32,000 bases of DNA from Pirellula staleyi DSM 6068 (GCA_000025185.1 CP001848.1:3870001-3902000), one strand, 5' to 3'; shown: positions 15,950 through 25,081, counted from the stretch's first letter. The notes: a model not told the origin generated them from the sequence alone. Translations and numbers: made by a program.

Positions 15950-16024
15950 CTAACTGCTGGCAAAAATAACGCATCCAATCAGCCGCGAGTTTCAGTCGGC
16001 TCTTCTTGTGCGATGCGGTTTTCT

Positions 16025-17059
16025 TTAGCGATACTGTGGCATGCCTCGGTAGCGAGTTGCACCGTTGAGCGGAGTGGCTGCAGGAATGGCGGGCTGTGGC
16101 GACATCGGCCCGCTCGCGCCTGGGGCTCCCATTGTTCCTCCGAGAGCTGCGGCAGTTGCCGGGTCGGCTAGATCCACCAGTGGCGCATTCCCTAGCGATT
16201 GGCTCGGCAGCTCGAACAGCGTTTGCCCATCGGCAAACGGCATATTCACCGCATAAGACGTCACATCCATCCTTAGCTGAAGGCTCGCCGAAGGAACGTT
16301 CAGTTCTACGAGACGGGGGAGTGCAACTCCATCGACCGACGAATACTGATGGTCGCTCGCTTTGCTCGAAACCATCACGTTTCCGCGTGGATCGTACAAA
16401 TGTTGCTCCACAATCCAGCCATGCTTGGCGTGGACATGGATCAGCCGCGTCATCGGCCCTGCTGCCGATTGAACAGTCCAGCGAAGTTCCATCCGGTCGG
16501 TACCTGCTGGCGAAGGCCCGGTGATCTCTTGCACCGGTGGCAACTGTACAAGTCCCAAAGCATCGGTGACCCAGGCGGGGTCGACCGCGAGTGCACTTCG
16601 GAGCGGGCTGGTGGCAAAGCGATCGTGCCGGGCATAGTAGATACCAGGCTGCGGATTGCGGGCTGCCCAGAACCAAAACAGTTCGTCGTTCATACCGAGG
16701 TCGATTTCGGGACCGGTGAAGGCGGTTCCTGCTCGCATTCGCAGTTTGCGGGGGCGCTCGACCGCCAACTCCGCTGAAATCGCTGGAAATCCAGGGACCG
16801 AAACTGTCGCCCCCTGTGTTTGCAGTGTTTGCACGCGGCTGGTCTGTGCATTCAGAGCGCTGGTTACTTCTTCGAGCGTTGGCGTATGGGAAAAAATCAC
16901 CGGAGCGGCATCGCCTGCGGGTCGGCGAATCCAAGGATTCCAGCGGCAGCCACTCGAGCCGAGAGCCAGCAGAACCAGCAGACTCACCACCAACAGGCGC
17001 GGTGCAGCGCGAAACTTGGGGGGAGCGTTGTCAGCGGTGGGGCTCATCATTGCGGGCAT
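16025..17059 (-). CDS. Putative lipoprotein (LolB/DUF4292-like by pattern)
   Basis: N-terminus ...RLLVVSLLVLLALGSSGC is lipobox-like. The body shows the RPRKLRMRA...EIDLGMNDELFWFW pattern seen in LolB-like lipoproteins (from memory). It is preferred over the overlapping R-rich ORF 15894..16934. Confidence 0.6.
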   Translation of the reverse strand: MPAMMSPTADNAPPKFRAAPRLLVVSLLVLLALGSSGCRWNPWIRRPAGDAAPVIFSHTPTLEEVTSALNAQTSRVQTLQTQGATVSVPGFPAISAELAVERPRKLRMRAGTAFTGPEIDLGMNDELFWFWAARNPQPGIYYARHDRFATSPLRSALAVDPAWVTDALGLVQLPPVQEITGPSPAGTDRMELRWTVQSAAGPMTRLIHVHAKHGWIVEQHLYDPRGNVMVSSKASDHQYSSVDGVALPRLVELNVPSASLQLRMDVTSYAVNMPFADGQTLFELPSQSLGNAPLVDLADPATAAALGGTMGAPGASGPMSPQPAIPAATPLNGATRYRGMPQYR

Positions 17060-17101
17060 CCTTGCTCGCCGTCGTTTCGTAATGGTTCGCTGGTTTTGTT
17101 G

Positions 17102-17635
17102 CTACGCCGTGCTGGGGGCTGTCCCCGCACTCGCCGGTGCCGAAGCGACGCTGCCGGGCGTTTGCAGCAGTTCTGCCAGCTGTTTTTGAATCTCTTGGGC
17201 ACGCTCGTCACTCGGCAGCACGCCGCGCACTTGATGCGAGGTGTCGGTCCGCGCGATGTGAATCGTCAGCATCTCGCTTCCATCCGGGCCTGTCTCGGTC
17301 GATTCGACACGAGCGATGCGTCGGCGGACCATCAGCAGCGCAAGAATGTAGCGCACATCCTCGCGCGAGGGATCATTCTCGAGCTGCGTGAAGTAGTTCG
17401 TCATCACCTCGCTCGGTGCCCATTTCTGCTTGGCCTGAGCTGGTTCTTCGATTTTTGTCTTCCACCAGCCCACCGTCCCCTCGGGAGGTGTTTGCCACGC
17501 TTCGGTCGAAAAATCTTTCCGCACCGTACCACTCGGTTCATCCACGAGCGCGCTGATGCACCATTCGCCAGGACGAAGTTCTCGCCCCGTTGCGGCACAC
17601 TTACGCGTGTTGCGTTGGATTTCGAAGTCGGCCAT
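17102..17635 (-). CDS. Hypothetical protein (start uncertain: ATG 17635 or TTG 17671)
   Basis: 177-189 aa soluble protein, MADFEIQRNTRKCAATGRELRPGEWC..., with normal composition. It lies 42 nt upstream of the lipoprotein gene on the same strand. Confidence 0.5.
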   Translation of the reverse strand: MADFEIQRNTRKCAATGRELRPGEWCISALVDEPSGTVRKDFSTEAWQTPPEGTVGWWKTKIEEPAQAKQKWAPSEVMTNYFTQLENDPSREDVRYILALLMVRRRIARVESTETGPDGSEMLTIHIARTDTSHQVRGVLPSDERAQEIQKQLAELLQTPGSVASAPASAGTAPSTA

Positions 17636-17757
17636 GAAAACCGGTACAGCTAGGTGATCGAGCGGTGGCAAGAGACGGTCGCGCGGGGGATCGTACGCAA
17701 ACGGGCGATTTTGCTCAAGACACAGTTTCGCACAATCGTCGCTAGCACTTCAGGCCG

Positions 17758-17997
17758 CTAGCTCACTTGAATCGTGTTCTCGCGCGGACCTTCTCCTTCC
17801 ACCACCTGCAGCCGCATCCGTTTGGCGCAGCGCGGACAGTGGGCCAGCACCTCGCGCGAGCCGGGAGTCACATACACCCGCTGATAGACATGACAGCAGG
17901 CAAAGTGCACTCCCACAAATGGGCGTTTGGCAGCCGCAGCCGAGCTGCCGCTCGGGCCGGGATCACTCGACAGGTCGATCGAATCGCTCATCGCCAT
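17758..17997 (-). CDS. Small Cys-rich (zinc-ribbon-like) hypothetical protein, 79 aa
   Basis: The internal ATG at 17997 gives MAMSDSIDLSS...HFACCHVYQRVYVTPGSREVLAHCPRCAKRMRLQV. The 178-aa track version would overlap the divergent U32 gene start and has an implausible N-terminal half. Confidence 0.45.
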   Translation of the reverse strand: MAMSDSIDLSSDPGPSGSSAAAAKRPFVGVHFACCHVYQRVYVTPGSREVLAHCPRCAKRMRLQVVEGEGPRENTIQVS

Positions 17998-18205
17998 AGA
18001 TCTCGAAAAAGGAAGTTCACCGCACTTCTCGGCTCGCAGAAGTTCGCATGTAACGATACTCGCAACGGGAATGCGGGAAAATCGCGGTTTTTGATCGTCC
18101 GATCGCAGCTCCGAGCCTCGCGAAGCGTCGGCCGGTTCGGGTAAACTGAGAGCAGCCTGTTTTGGCCCCCGCATCGACTTGTTGATCGACTGTTTCGAGA
18201 CTCCT

Positions 18206-20758
18206 ATGAACGCTCCGTCCGCCGCTTCTGCTGCGAAGCCTACCTCGCTTCGCGCTCCCGAACTACTCGCACCAGCGGGGAGCCGGGATGCCATTCGTGC
18301 GGCTATCGAAAATGGGGCCGATGCGGTTTATTTCGGACTCGACAGCGGCTTCAATGCTCGCGCTCGCGCGGCGAACTTCGCCCCCGATGAGCTCCCCGAA
18401 ATCATGGAGCAACTTCACAGCCGAGGGGTCAAAGGCTATGTCACGCTCAACACCTTGATCTTTCCGTCGGAATTGCCGGTCGTCGAAGCGCTCGTTAAGC
18501 AGCTGACACTTGCCGGCGTCGACGCCGTGCTGGTGCAAGATCTCGGTCTGGCGCGTTTGATTCGTGCGATCACCCCGGATCTGCCGATGCACGCCTCGAC
18601 CCAGATGACCCTTTCGAGCAGCCAGTGCATCGCCATGGCGGAAGAACTCGGGATCGAGCGGGTCGTGCTGCCGCGTGAACTTTCGCTCGACGAGATTCGC
18701 AAGATTCGTAGTGAAACCACGTTGCCGGTCGAAGTGTTTGTGCACGGCGCGCTCTGCGTTTCCTATTCCGGCCAATACCTCACCAGCGAATCGCTCGGGG
18801 GACGTAGCGCTAATCGTGGCCAGTGCGCACAGGCTTGCCGCTTGCCCTACGATCTCGTTTGCGATGGCAAGGAGGTCGATCTGGGGGATCAAAAATATCT
18901 ACTGAGCCCGCAAGACCTCGCCGCCTTTTCGCTCATTCCGGAACTCGTCGAGATGGGGGTCGCTTCGCTCAAGATCGAAGGCCGCCTGAAAACCCCCGAG
19001 TATGTCGCTAACATCACGCGCCACTATCGTCAGGCCATCGATCAAAGCGTGGCCGGCCAACCGGTCGATTTCACCGCGCAACAAATCGAAGAGATGGAGC
19101 TCTCATTTTCACGCGGCTTTTCGGTCGGCTGGATGCGCGGCTGCGATCATAAAATGCTCGTCCCCGCCACCAATTCCTCGAAGCGTGGCGTCTTCCTCGG
19201 CAAGATCGTCGGCGTCCGCCGCGAAACGGTCGTGGTGCAACTGGCGTCGAGTATCAAACGTGGCGATGGTGTTGTGTTCGACTGCGGCAAGCCGGTCGAT
19301 GATTCGCAAGGTGGACGGGTCTATGAAGTCTTTCGCGGACGAGAGTCGCTCGAAGCGCCTGTCTCCTCAGGACAAGTCGAACTAGCGTTTGCCCACGGCT
19401 CGATCGATTTCGAGTCGCTCTGGGTCGGACAGCAAGTCTGGAAAAACGACGATCCGCAGCTGACAATCAAGCTCCGCAAATCATTTGAATCGCTCCATCC
19501 TATCCGGCGCATGCCGATCGATATCGCCGTGCAAGCCACTATCGGCGAGCCGCTGAAAATCACCGTCACCGCCCCTGGTGTCGCGGCGCTTCAGCTCGCG
19601 AGCGAAGAGAATCTACAGCTCGCGCGCAAACATCCTCTCTCCGAGCAAACTCTCCGCGATCAGTTCGATCGCTTGGGAGGCACGCCCTACGAGCTGCGGA
19701 ATCTCTCCGCCGTGATCCAAGGGGAGCCGATGTTGCCCCTCAGCCTGCTCGGAAAATTGCGACACGCCATGACGGCCGCTCTCGACGCGGCTCTCCGGGC
19801 GCATCAGCCGCGGCATGTGTCCAGTGGCAGTGCGCTGGCCGATCTCCGCTCGATGCTCCCCCCGCGCGAAGCGGCCAAGCAGTCGCCGCAACTAGCGCTC
19901 CTATGCCGCACGCTCGATCAACTTCGCGCCGCTGTCGATCTCGGGCTCTCGACCCTCTACGCCGATCTGGCCGATATTCGCGAGTACAAAGAGGCAACCG
20001 CCATTGCTGCCGACAAAAACGTGCAGCTGTTCCTCGCCACCACGCGCATTCAAAAGCCCGATGAGATGGGGATCTTTCGCGCCATTGCCAAACACTGTGA
20101 AGGGGAACGTCGAGCGGCGGGAATTCTCGTACGCAACCTCTCGGGGATGCGATTTTTTGCCGAGCGTGGCACTCCCTGGATCGCCGACTACTCGCTGAAT
20201 GTCGCCAACGATCTCACCGCCGCTTTGCTCCACGAAAAAGGAGCCCAGCGCATCACGCCGTCGTACGATCTCAATCGCGATCAGCTCGTCGATCTGGTGT
20301 CGGCTGTTCCACCGGCCTGGCTCGAAGTGGTGGTCCACCAGCACATGCCGATGTTCCACATGGAGCACTGCGTCTTCTGCGCGGTTCTCTCGCCCGGCAC
20401 AAATAAAACCAACTGCGGCCGCCCTTGCGACACGCATGACGTCAAGCTGCGCGATCGGGTGGGGATGCTCCATCCACTGAAGGCCGATGTCGGCTGCCGC
20501 AATACACTGTTTAACGCAACGCCGCAAAGTGCTGCGGAAGTGGTTCCTCAGCTCCTGAAGCTTGGAGTCCAAACATTCCGCGTTGAACTCCTCGATCAGA
20601 AGCCCGACGAGTTGCCCGAGATCGTGGGGCTCTATCAGCAGCTGCTCGCCGACGAAGTTTCGGCCCGCGATGTCTGGTCGAAGCTCAAGGCGGCCAATCG
20701 AACCGGCGTGACGCGCGGAACGCTCGAAGAGCGTCGAGATCCTCTCGCCATTTTGTAG
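18206..20758 (+). CDS. U32 family peptidase-like protein, long two-module form
   Basis: PELLAPAGSRDAIRAAIENGADAVYFG, and the U32 signature region EVFVHGALCVSYSGQYLTSESLGGRSANRGQCAQACR. The C-terminal region has a second cluster, HCVFCAVLSPGTNKTNCGRPC. ATG at 18206 is preferred over the TTG at 18179. Confidence 0.85.
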   Translation: MNAPSAASAAKPTSLRAPELLAPAGSRDAIRAAIENGADAVYFGLDSGFNARARAANFAPDELPEIMEQLHSRGVKGYVTLNTLIFPSELPVVEALVKQLTLAGVDAVLVQDLGLARLIRAITPDLPMHASTQMTLSSSQCIAMAEELGIERVVLPRELSLDEIRKIRSETTLPVEVFVHGALCVSYSGQYLTSESLGGRSANRGQCAQACRLPYDLVCDGKEVDLGDQKYLLSPQDLAAFSLIPELVEMGVASLKIEGRLKTPEYVANITRHYRQAIDQSVAGQPVDFTAQQIEEMELSFSRGFSVGWMRGCDHKMLVPATNSSKRGVFLGKIVGVRRETVVVQLASSIKRGDGVVFDCGKPVDDSQGGRVYEVFRGRESLEAPVSSGQVELAFAHGSIDFESLWVGQQVWKNDDPQLTIKLRKSFESLHPIRRMPIDIAVQATIGEPLKITVTAPGVAALQLASEENLQLARKHPLSEQTLRDQFDRLGGTPYELRNLSAVIQGEPMLPLSLLGKLRHAMTAALDAALRAHQPRHVSSGSALADLRSMLPPREAAKQSPQLALLCRTLDQLRAAVDLGLSTLYADLADIREYKEATAIAADKNVQLFLATTRIQKPDEMGIFRAIAKHCEGERRAAGILVRNLSGMRFFAERGTPWIADYSLNVANDLTAALLHEKGAQRITPSYDLNRDQLVDLVSAVPPAWLEVVVHQHMPMFHMEHCVFCAVLSPGTNKTNCGRPCDTHDVKLRDRVGMLHPLKADVGCRNTLFNATPQSAAEVVPQLLKLGVQTFRVELLDQKPDELPEIVGLYQQLLADEVSARDVWSKLKAANRTGVTRGTLEERRDPLAIL

Positions 20759-20887
20759 TCCTTCCGAGGCTTCTTCAGCGTCGCGCTGGCAACCATGCTT
20801 GACGAGCGCCGCCCCCTCGGTCACTATCCACACCTCTCCCCAATTCTCGCCCGCAGTGGCGCTGGACTTTTCGCCCGGTGAATCAAC

Positions 20888-22387
20888 ATGTCGCAAGCTT
20901 CGAAGGTCTATTTGGCCGCTGATCTCGGTGCCTCGAGTGGTCGCGTGGTCGGTGGCATTTTCACAGGTAGTTCTCTCTCGCTCGAAGAGGTCTATCGCTT
21001 CGACAACGGCGGCGTCAGTGCAGCTGGCAAATTGCAGTGGGATGTCCTGAGCCAATGGTCGAGTATGGTCCGTGGTTTGCGCGCCGCTGGTGCCCAGTTC
21101 CAAGGACGTGTCGCCAGTGTCGGCGTCGATACCTGGGGTGTCGACTTTGGTCTCCTGGGGCGGAACGACGAACTCCTCGGCAATCCCTATCACTATCGCG
21201 ACTCGCGGACAAAGGGGATGTACGACCAAGCCTTTCAGCTGGTCTCGAAGGAGCAAATTTTCGCCGAGACTGGGCTCCAGTTCATGGAGTTCAACACGGT
21301 GTATCAGCTGCTTTCGATGAAGCTCTCCCAAAGCCCGCTGCTCGATCTGGCCGAGCACCTGCTGATGATGCCCGACCTGTTTCACTGGCTCCTCACCGGT
21401 GAAAAAGGGAACGAATATACCGACGCCAGCACCACGCAGCTCGTCAGCCCGTTTGCCCGCGACTGGTCGCGCGATCTGGCGAGCAAACTCGGCATCCCGA
21501 CGAACATTTTTGGGAAGATGCTGCAGCCTGGCACTGTGCTGGGGGGGCTCCGTAAGGGGGTCGAAGAAGATACGGGGCTCAGTGGCGTGAAAGTGGTGCT
21601 CCCAGGCACGCACGATACCGCCTCGGCGGTGATGGCGGTGCCGGCGGCGAGTGTCCCAGGTAGCAAGCCCGATTGGTGCTACATCTCGAGTGGCACCTGG
21701 TCGCTGATGGGAGTCGAAACACCCGAACCGATTGTCTCGCCGCGCTGCTACCAGCTGAACTTCACCAACGAAGGTGGCATTGGCGGCACCACGCGTCTGC
21801 TCAAGAACATCACCGGCCTCTGGCTCGTGCAGCAATGCCGGGCTCAGTGGAAACAAGAGGGGCACGAATTCGGCTGGCAAGAGCTGACGCGCCGCGCGGA
21901 AGAACATCTGCCGCTGCAGTCGCTGGTGAATCCCGACGATGCGGCGTTTGTCGCGCCGCGCGATATGCCCGCCGCGATCCGCGACTATTGCTCGCGCACC
22001 GGTCAAATTGTGCCACCCACCGAAGGGGCCGTGATTCGCTGCGCGCTCGAGAGCCTCGCGCTTCGCTATCGCATGGTCCTTGCGATGCTTGAAGAGCTGA
22101 TCGGCGGCGAGATCAAAACGATTCATATCGTCGGCGGTGGTACCCAAAACCGACTCCTCTGCCAAATGACCGCCGATGCCTGCAATCGGCGCGTCGTCGC
22201 AGGTCCGGTCGAAGCGACCGCGATTGGCAACGTGATGATGCAAGCGGTCGCCGATGGTGGTGTCGCCAGCATTGCCGAAGCGCGTGAAGTGATTCGCAAG
22301 AGCTTCAAAGTGGAAGAGTACTACCCCAAGATGCCGTGGCCTTGGAACGACGCCTACGCGAAGTTTCAAAAGCTGATCGGCGGCTAA
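20888..22387 (+). CDS. rhaB: Rhamnulokinase (FGGY carbohydrate kinase family)
   Basis: Collinear with E. coli RhaB as recalled: DLGASSGRV, VGVDTWGVDFGLL, YRDSRT, GLQFMEFNTVYQL, SHDTASAV, SSGTWSLMG, NEGG, LKNITGLWL, HIVGGGTQN, AGPVEATAIGN. Confidence 0.85.
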   Translation: MSQASKVYLAADLGASSGRVVGGIFTGSSLSLEEVYRFDNGGVSAAGKLQWDVLSQWSSMVRGLRAAGAQFQGRVASVGVDTWGVDFGLLGRNDELLGNPYHYRDSRTKGMYDQAFQLVSKEQIFAETGLQFMEFNTVYQLLSMKLSQSPLLDLAEHLLMMPDLFHWLLTGEKGNEYTDASTTQLVSPFARDWSRDLASKLGIPTNIFGKMLQPGTVLGGLRKGVEEDTGLSGVKVVLPGTHDTASAVMAVPAASVPGSKPDWCYISSGTWSLMGVETPEPIVSPRCYQLNFTNEGGIGGTTRLLKNITGLWLVQQCRAQWKQEGHEFGWQELTRRAEEHLPLQSLVNPDDAAFVAPRDMPAAIRDYCSRTGQIVPPTEGAVIRCALESLALRYRMVLAMLEELIGGEIKTIHIVGGGTQNRLLCQMTADACNRRVVAGPVEATAIGNVMMQAVADGGVASIAEAREVIRKSFKVEEYYPKMPWPWNDAYAKFQKLIGG

Positions 22388-22495
22388 TGCTGACGAGGTC
22401 GATTCGGCGATCTGCTGAGGGACCTAGACTAAAAATTCTCGCGCAAAAAATCCTCTCGCAAACGTTTGTTACCTCGCATTCGAGATGTTGCTGCC

Positions 22496-23542
22496 ATGCT
22501 GAATGTTGCGATCGTTGGCGTCGGGTTCATGGGCTGGATTCACTACCTCGCTTACAAAAAAACGAAGGGAGTGAAGCTCGCCGCAATCTGCACGCGCGAC
22601 GAGAAAAAACTGGCCGGCGACTGGACCAGCATCAAGGGTAACTTTGGACCCCCCGGGGAAATGGTCGACGTTTCGAAACTCGCCCGCTATCGCGACCTCG
22701 ATAGCCTGCTGGCCGATCCCAAAATCGATGTCGTCGATCTCTGCTTGCCTCCGCACATGCACCTCGAGGCGACCCTCAAGTCGTTTGCTGCAGGGAAGCA
22801 TGTGTTTGTCGAGAAGCCGATGGCGCTCACCGCAGCTGAGTGCGACAAGATGGTGGCCGCTGCCAAAAAGGCGGGCAAGATGCTGTTCGTCGGCCATGTG
22901 CTGCCGCTGTTGCCCGAATATGCCTATGCCCGCAAGCTGATCGCCAGTGGTAAGTATGGAAAACTGCTCGGCGGGCACTTCAAGCGTGTGATCTCCGATC
23001 CGCTGTGGCTTCCCGATTTCTACAATCCCAAGACGGTCGGTGGTCCGCTGATCGATTTGCATGTCCACGATGCCCATTTCATTCGCTTGCTATTTGGCAT
23101 GCCTCAATCGGTGAGCACCGTGGGGCGGATGCGCGGCGAAGTGGCGGAATACATCAGCACGCAGTTCACGTTTGCCGATCCAGGGCTCGCTGTCACCGCC
23201 GCCAGTGGCGTTTTGAATCAGCAGGGACGTGCTTTCACGCATGGCTTCGAGATTCATCTCGAAAAAGCGACCCTCTACTTCGATCTCGCTGTGCTGGCGG
23301 GGGGCGTGCTGCAGATCACCCCCCTGACGCTTCTCGACAACAAGGGAAATGCTACGCAGGTCGAACTTCCCGCCGGAGACCCGATGCTGATGGCGTTCGA
23401 GGTCGAGATCAAGGAAGTGGCCAAGTGCATCGCCAGCGAAACACCCTCGGCGATCTTGTCGGGCGATCTGGCCCGCGATGCGATTGTGCTTTGCCACAAA
23501 CAGCAGCAATCGGTGAAAAGTGGCAAGTCGGTGCGGGTGTAG
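22496..23542 (+). CDS. Gfo/Idh/MocA family oxidoreductase (cytoplasmic)
   Basis: MLNVAIVGVGFMGWIH Rossmann N-terminus, plus CLPPHMHLEATLKSFAAGKHVFVEKP, the typical family motif. ATG at 22496 is preferred over the track start at 22466. Confidence 0.85.
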   Translation: MLNVAIVGVGFMGWIHYLAYKKTKGVKLAAICTRDEKKLAGDWTSIKGNFGPPGEMVDVSKLARYRDLDSLLADPKIDVVDLCLPPHMHLEATLKSFAAGKHVFVEKPMALTAAECDKMVAAAKKAGKMLFVGHVLPLLPEYAYARKLIASGKYGKLLGGHFKRVISDPLWLPDFYNPKTVGGPLIDLHVHDAHFIRLLFGMPQSVSTVGRMRGEVAEYISTQFTFADPGLAVTAASGVLNQQGRAFTHGFEIHLEKATLYFDLAVLAGGVLQITPLTLLDNKGNATQVELPAGDPMLMAFEVEIKEVAKCIASETPSAILSGDLARDAIVLCHKQQQSVKSGKSVRV

Positions 23543-24398
23543 AGCAAGCCCCAGCAGCACGATAGACCAGCGATCAGAAAAAAATTGCGCACTGAACAGG
23601 CCCGGTCCGTGTCACGTATGACAGAGACGGACAGACTGTCAGCCGCGCTAGGTTGCCTGCTTTCGAATGACAGATTGCAGGCATTTTCCCCCGGCGGCTA
23701 GCTGGCTCGTCCCGCAACTTCATCAAATCTCGCTCAGAATTATCAGAATAGTCGGCATAACCGTGCTGCGACCTAGGGTCGCTAAACGTGTTTCTGCCGT
23801 GCTCTCTGTTGTGACTGGCTAATCTTTCTAAAGTCATCGCCCCTGCCGATACGAAACTAACATTCGGAAGATGTGTTCTGCCCCTCAGTCAAATGCGACG
23901 CAAGTCGCCGCTGATCGAAGGGCGGAATAGATCAACCAGGGGGGAATCTGCTTAAGTCATCAGCCTCGCCGGGCCGGTGATTTCATGTCTCGCATCGGCT
24001 GTCGACCCGTGGCCGTTGCGTCTCTTTGCATATTCTCTCCTTGGTAGCTTGTTCGCTCGCGTGGACAAGCTCGCCATGGATTCTTGATACGGAAATCCGA
24101 AAAAGTTGAAGCCACGAAAGTGGTTCGCAATTTTTAAGAAATCATCCGTGCTAAGGGCCCTTGGTTGCCGATTGGTGTAGTAAGGCGCGGATCAGAGGGA
24201 ACTGAGCCCAAGCCACATCGAAGCACAGGACGTTTGCCCCGACCCAGATGTTTGTTAATCAGGCGGCTTCCCGAGATGGAAGCGAAGGGTAGAAACCTTC
24301 GGCCGTTTGACGCAGACAGGGGCATTGGTTGACCAGGCGGCTCCTCACCGCCGACTCGACCGTAAACGATTCAAAGAGAGTGTATTGGAGAGCCTGCG

Positions 24399-24971
24399 AT
24401 GAAGGTCTTCACTACTGGACAGGTCGCGAAGATCTGTAAAGTGGCCCCGCGCACGGTCAGCAAGTGGTTCGACTCGGGTCGCCTGAAAGGGTACCGGATC
24501 CCCGGCTCGCAAGACCGTCGCATCCCGCGCGAGTACTTAATCAAGTTCCTCAAAGAGCATGGTATGCCCTTGGGTGACCTCGAAGACGAGGCCATGGCCA
24601 AGGTGCTCATTGTGGCACAAGATCAAGTTTTGATCGAAAATTTGAAGCGTGAATTGCCAACCGAACGATCGTTCCGGGTTGCTGTGGCTGCCAGCGGATT
24701 TGAAGCTGGAATTCAAGCCGAAAGCTTCCACCCGGACTGCATCATTACGGATTTTTCTATCGGTAAGGTCGAAGCTCTGCAGATTTGCCAAAATCTGCGT
24801 AAGAACGTCGATTTCGCCGAGACGATTCTAATTGCATTGCTGCCAGACGATGGCAGCCCGCTCACGTTCGATCGCTCGAGCATTAATGAGACGTTTAAGA
24901 AGCCATTCGACGCGAAACTTCTCGCCGAACGACTTCGCACATTGATCGGTGCACGCAAAGAACTCGTGTAG
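24399..24971 (+). CDS. DNA-binding protein with N-terminal excisionase/MerR-type HTH and C-terminal receiver-like domain
   Basis: GGAG lies 8 nt upstream. The HTH is FTTGQVAKICKVAPRTVSKWFDSGRLKGYRIPGSQDRRIP. The receiver-like part is KVLIVAQDQ...DCIITDFSIG...ILIALLPDD...FKKPF. Confidence 0.75.
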   Translation: MKVFTTGQVAKICKVAPRTVSKWFDSGRLKGYRIPGSQDRRIPREYLIKFLKEHGMPLGDLEDEAMAKVLIVAQDQVLIENLKRELPTERSFRVAVAASGFEAGIQAESFHPDCIITDFSIGKVEALQICQNLRKNVDFAETILIALLPDDGSPLTFDRSSINETFKKPFDAKLLAERLRTLIGARKELV

Positions 24972-25045
24972 TTCTCGGCGGACATCGCTCGACTAACTAG
25001 ACCGGCGCTCGCTTCACGGCGACGTGGTCGACCAACCAAAAACTT

Positions 25046-25081
25046 AAAAACCGTCGTGGATTCGTCTGCGACGGTTTTTTT
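25046..25081 (+). terminator. Rho-independent terminator, potentially bidirectional
   Basis: AAAAA-CCGTCGTGGA-TTCG-TCTGCGACGG-TTTTTTT. This is a 10-bp stem (two G.U pairs) closed by a UUCG tetraloop and followed by 7 T. An A5 run on the 5' side gives a U-tract for the convergent minus-strand gene as well. Confidence 0.7.

Noticed and set aside
15894-16934. A 346-aa minus-strand ORF overlapping the lipoprotein gene in another frame
   Set aside because: It is extremely R/S/P-rich and has no signal or motifs. The alternative frame 16025..17059 has a lipobox and family-like sequence.
19901-22369. An 822-aa minus-strand ORF, the longest ORF in this part of the track, spanning two genes and their spacer
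   Set aside because: It is antisense to two plus-strand genes with strong family similarity, the U32 C-terminus and rhamnulokinase. Both plus genes share the same frame (18179 and 20888 are equal mod 3). The minus ORF is in the antisense frame whose stops would require sense TTA/CTA/TCA codons, which are rare at this GC content. Its translation is R/G/A/H-rich with no motifs. It is a shadow ORF.
23574-24325. Two short minus-strand ORFs (23574..23837 at 87 aa, and 24134..24325 at 63 aa) inside the long non-coding stretch
   Set aside because: They have no RBS, odd composition and no motifs. They are too weak to call as genes, and the region is reported as non-coding in the findings.
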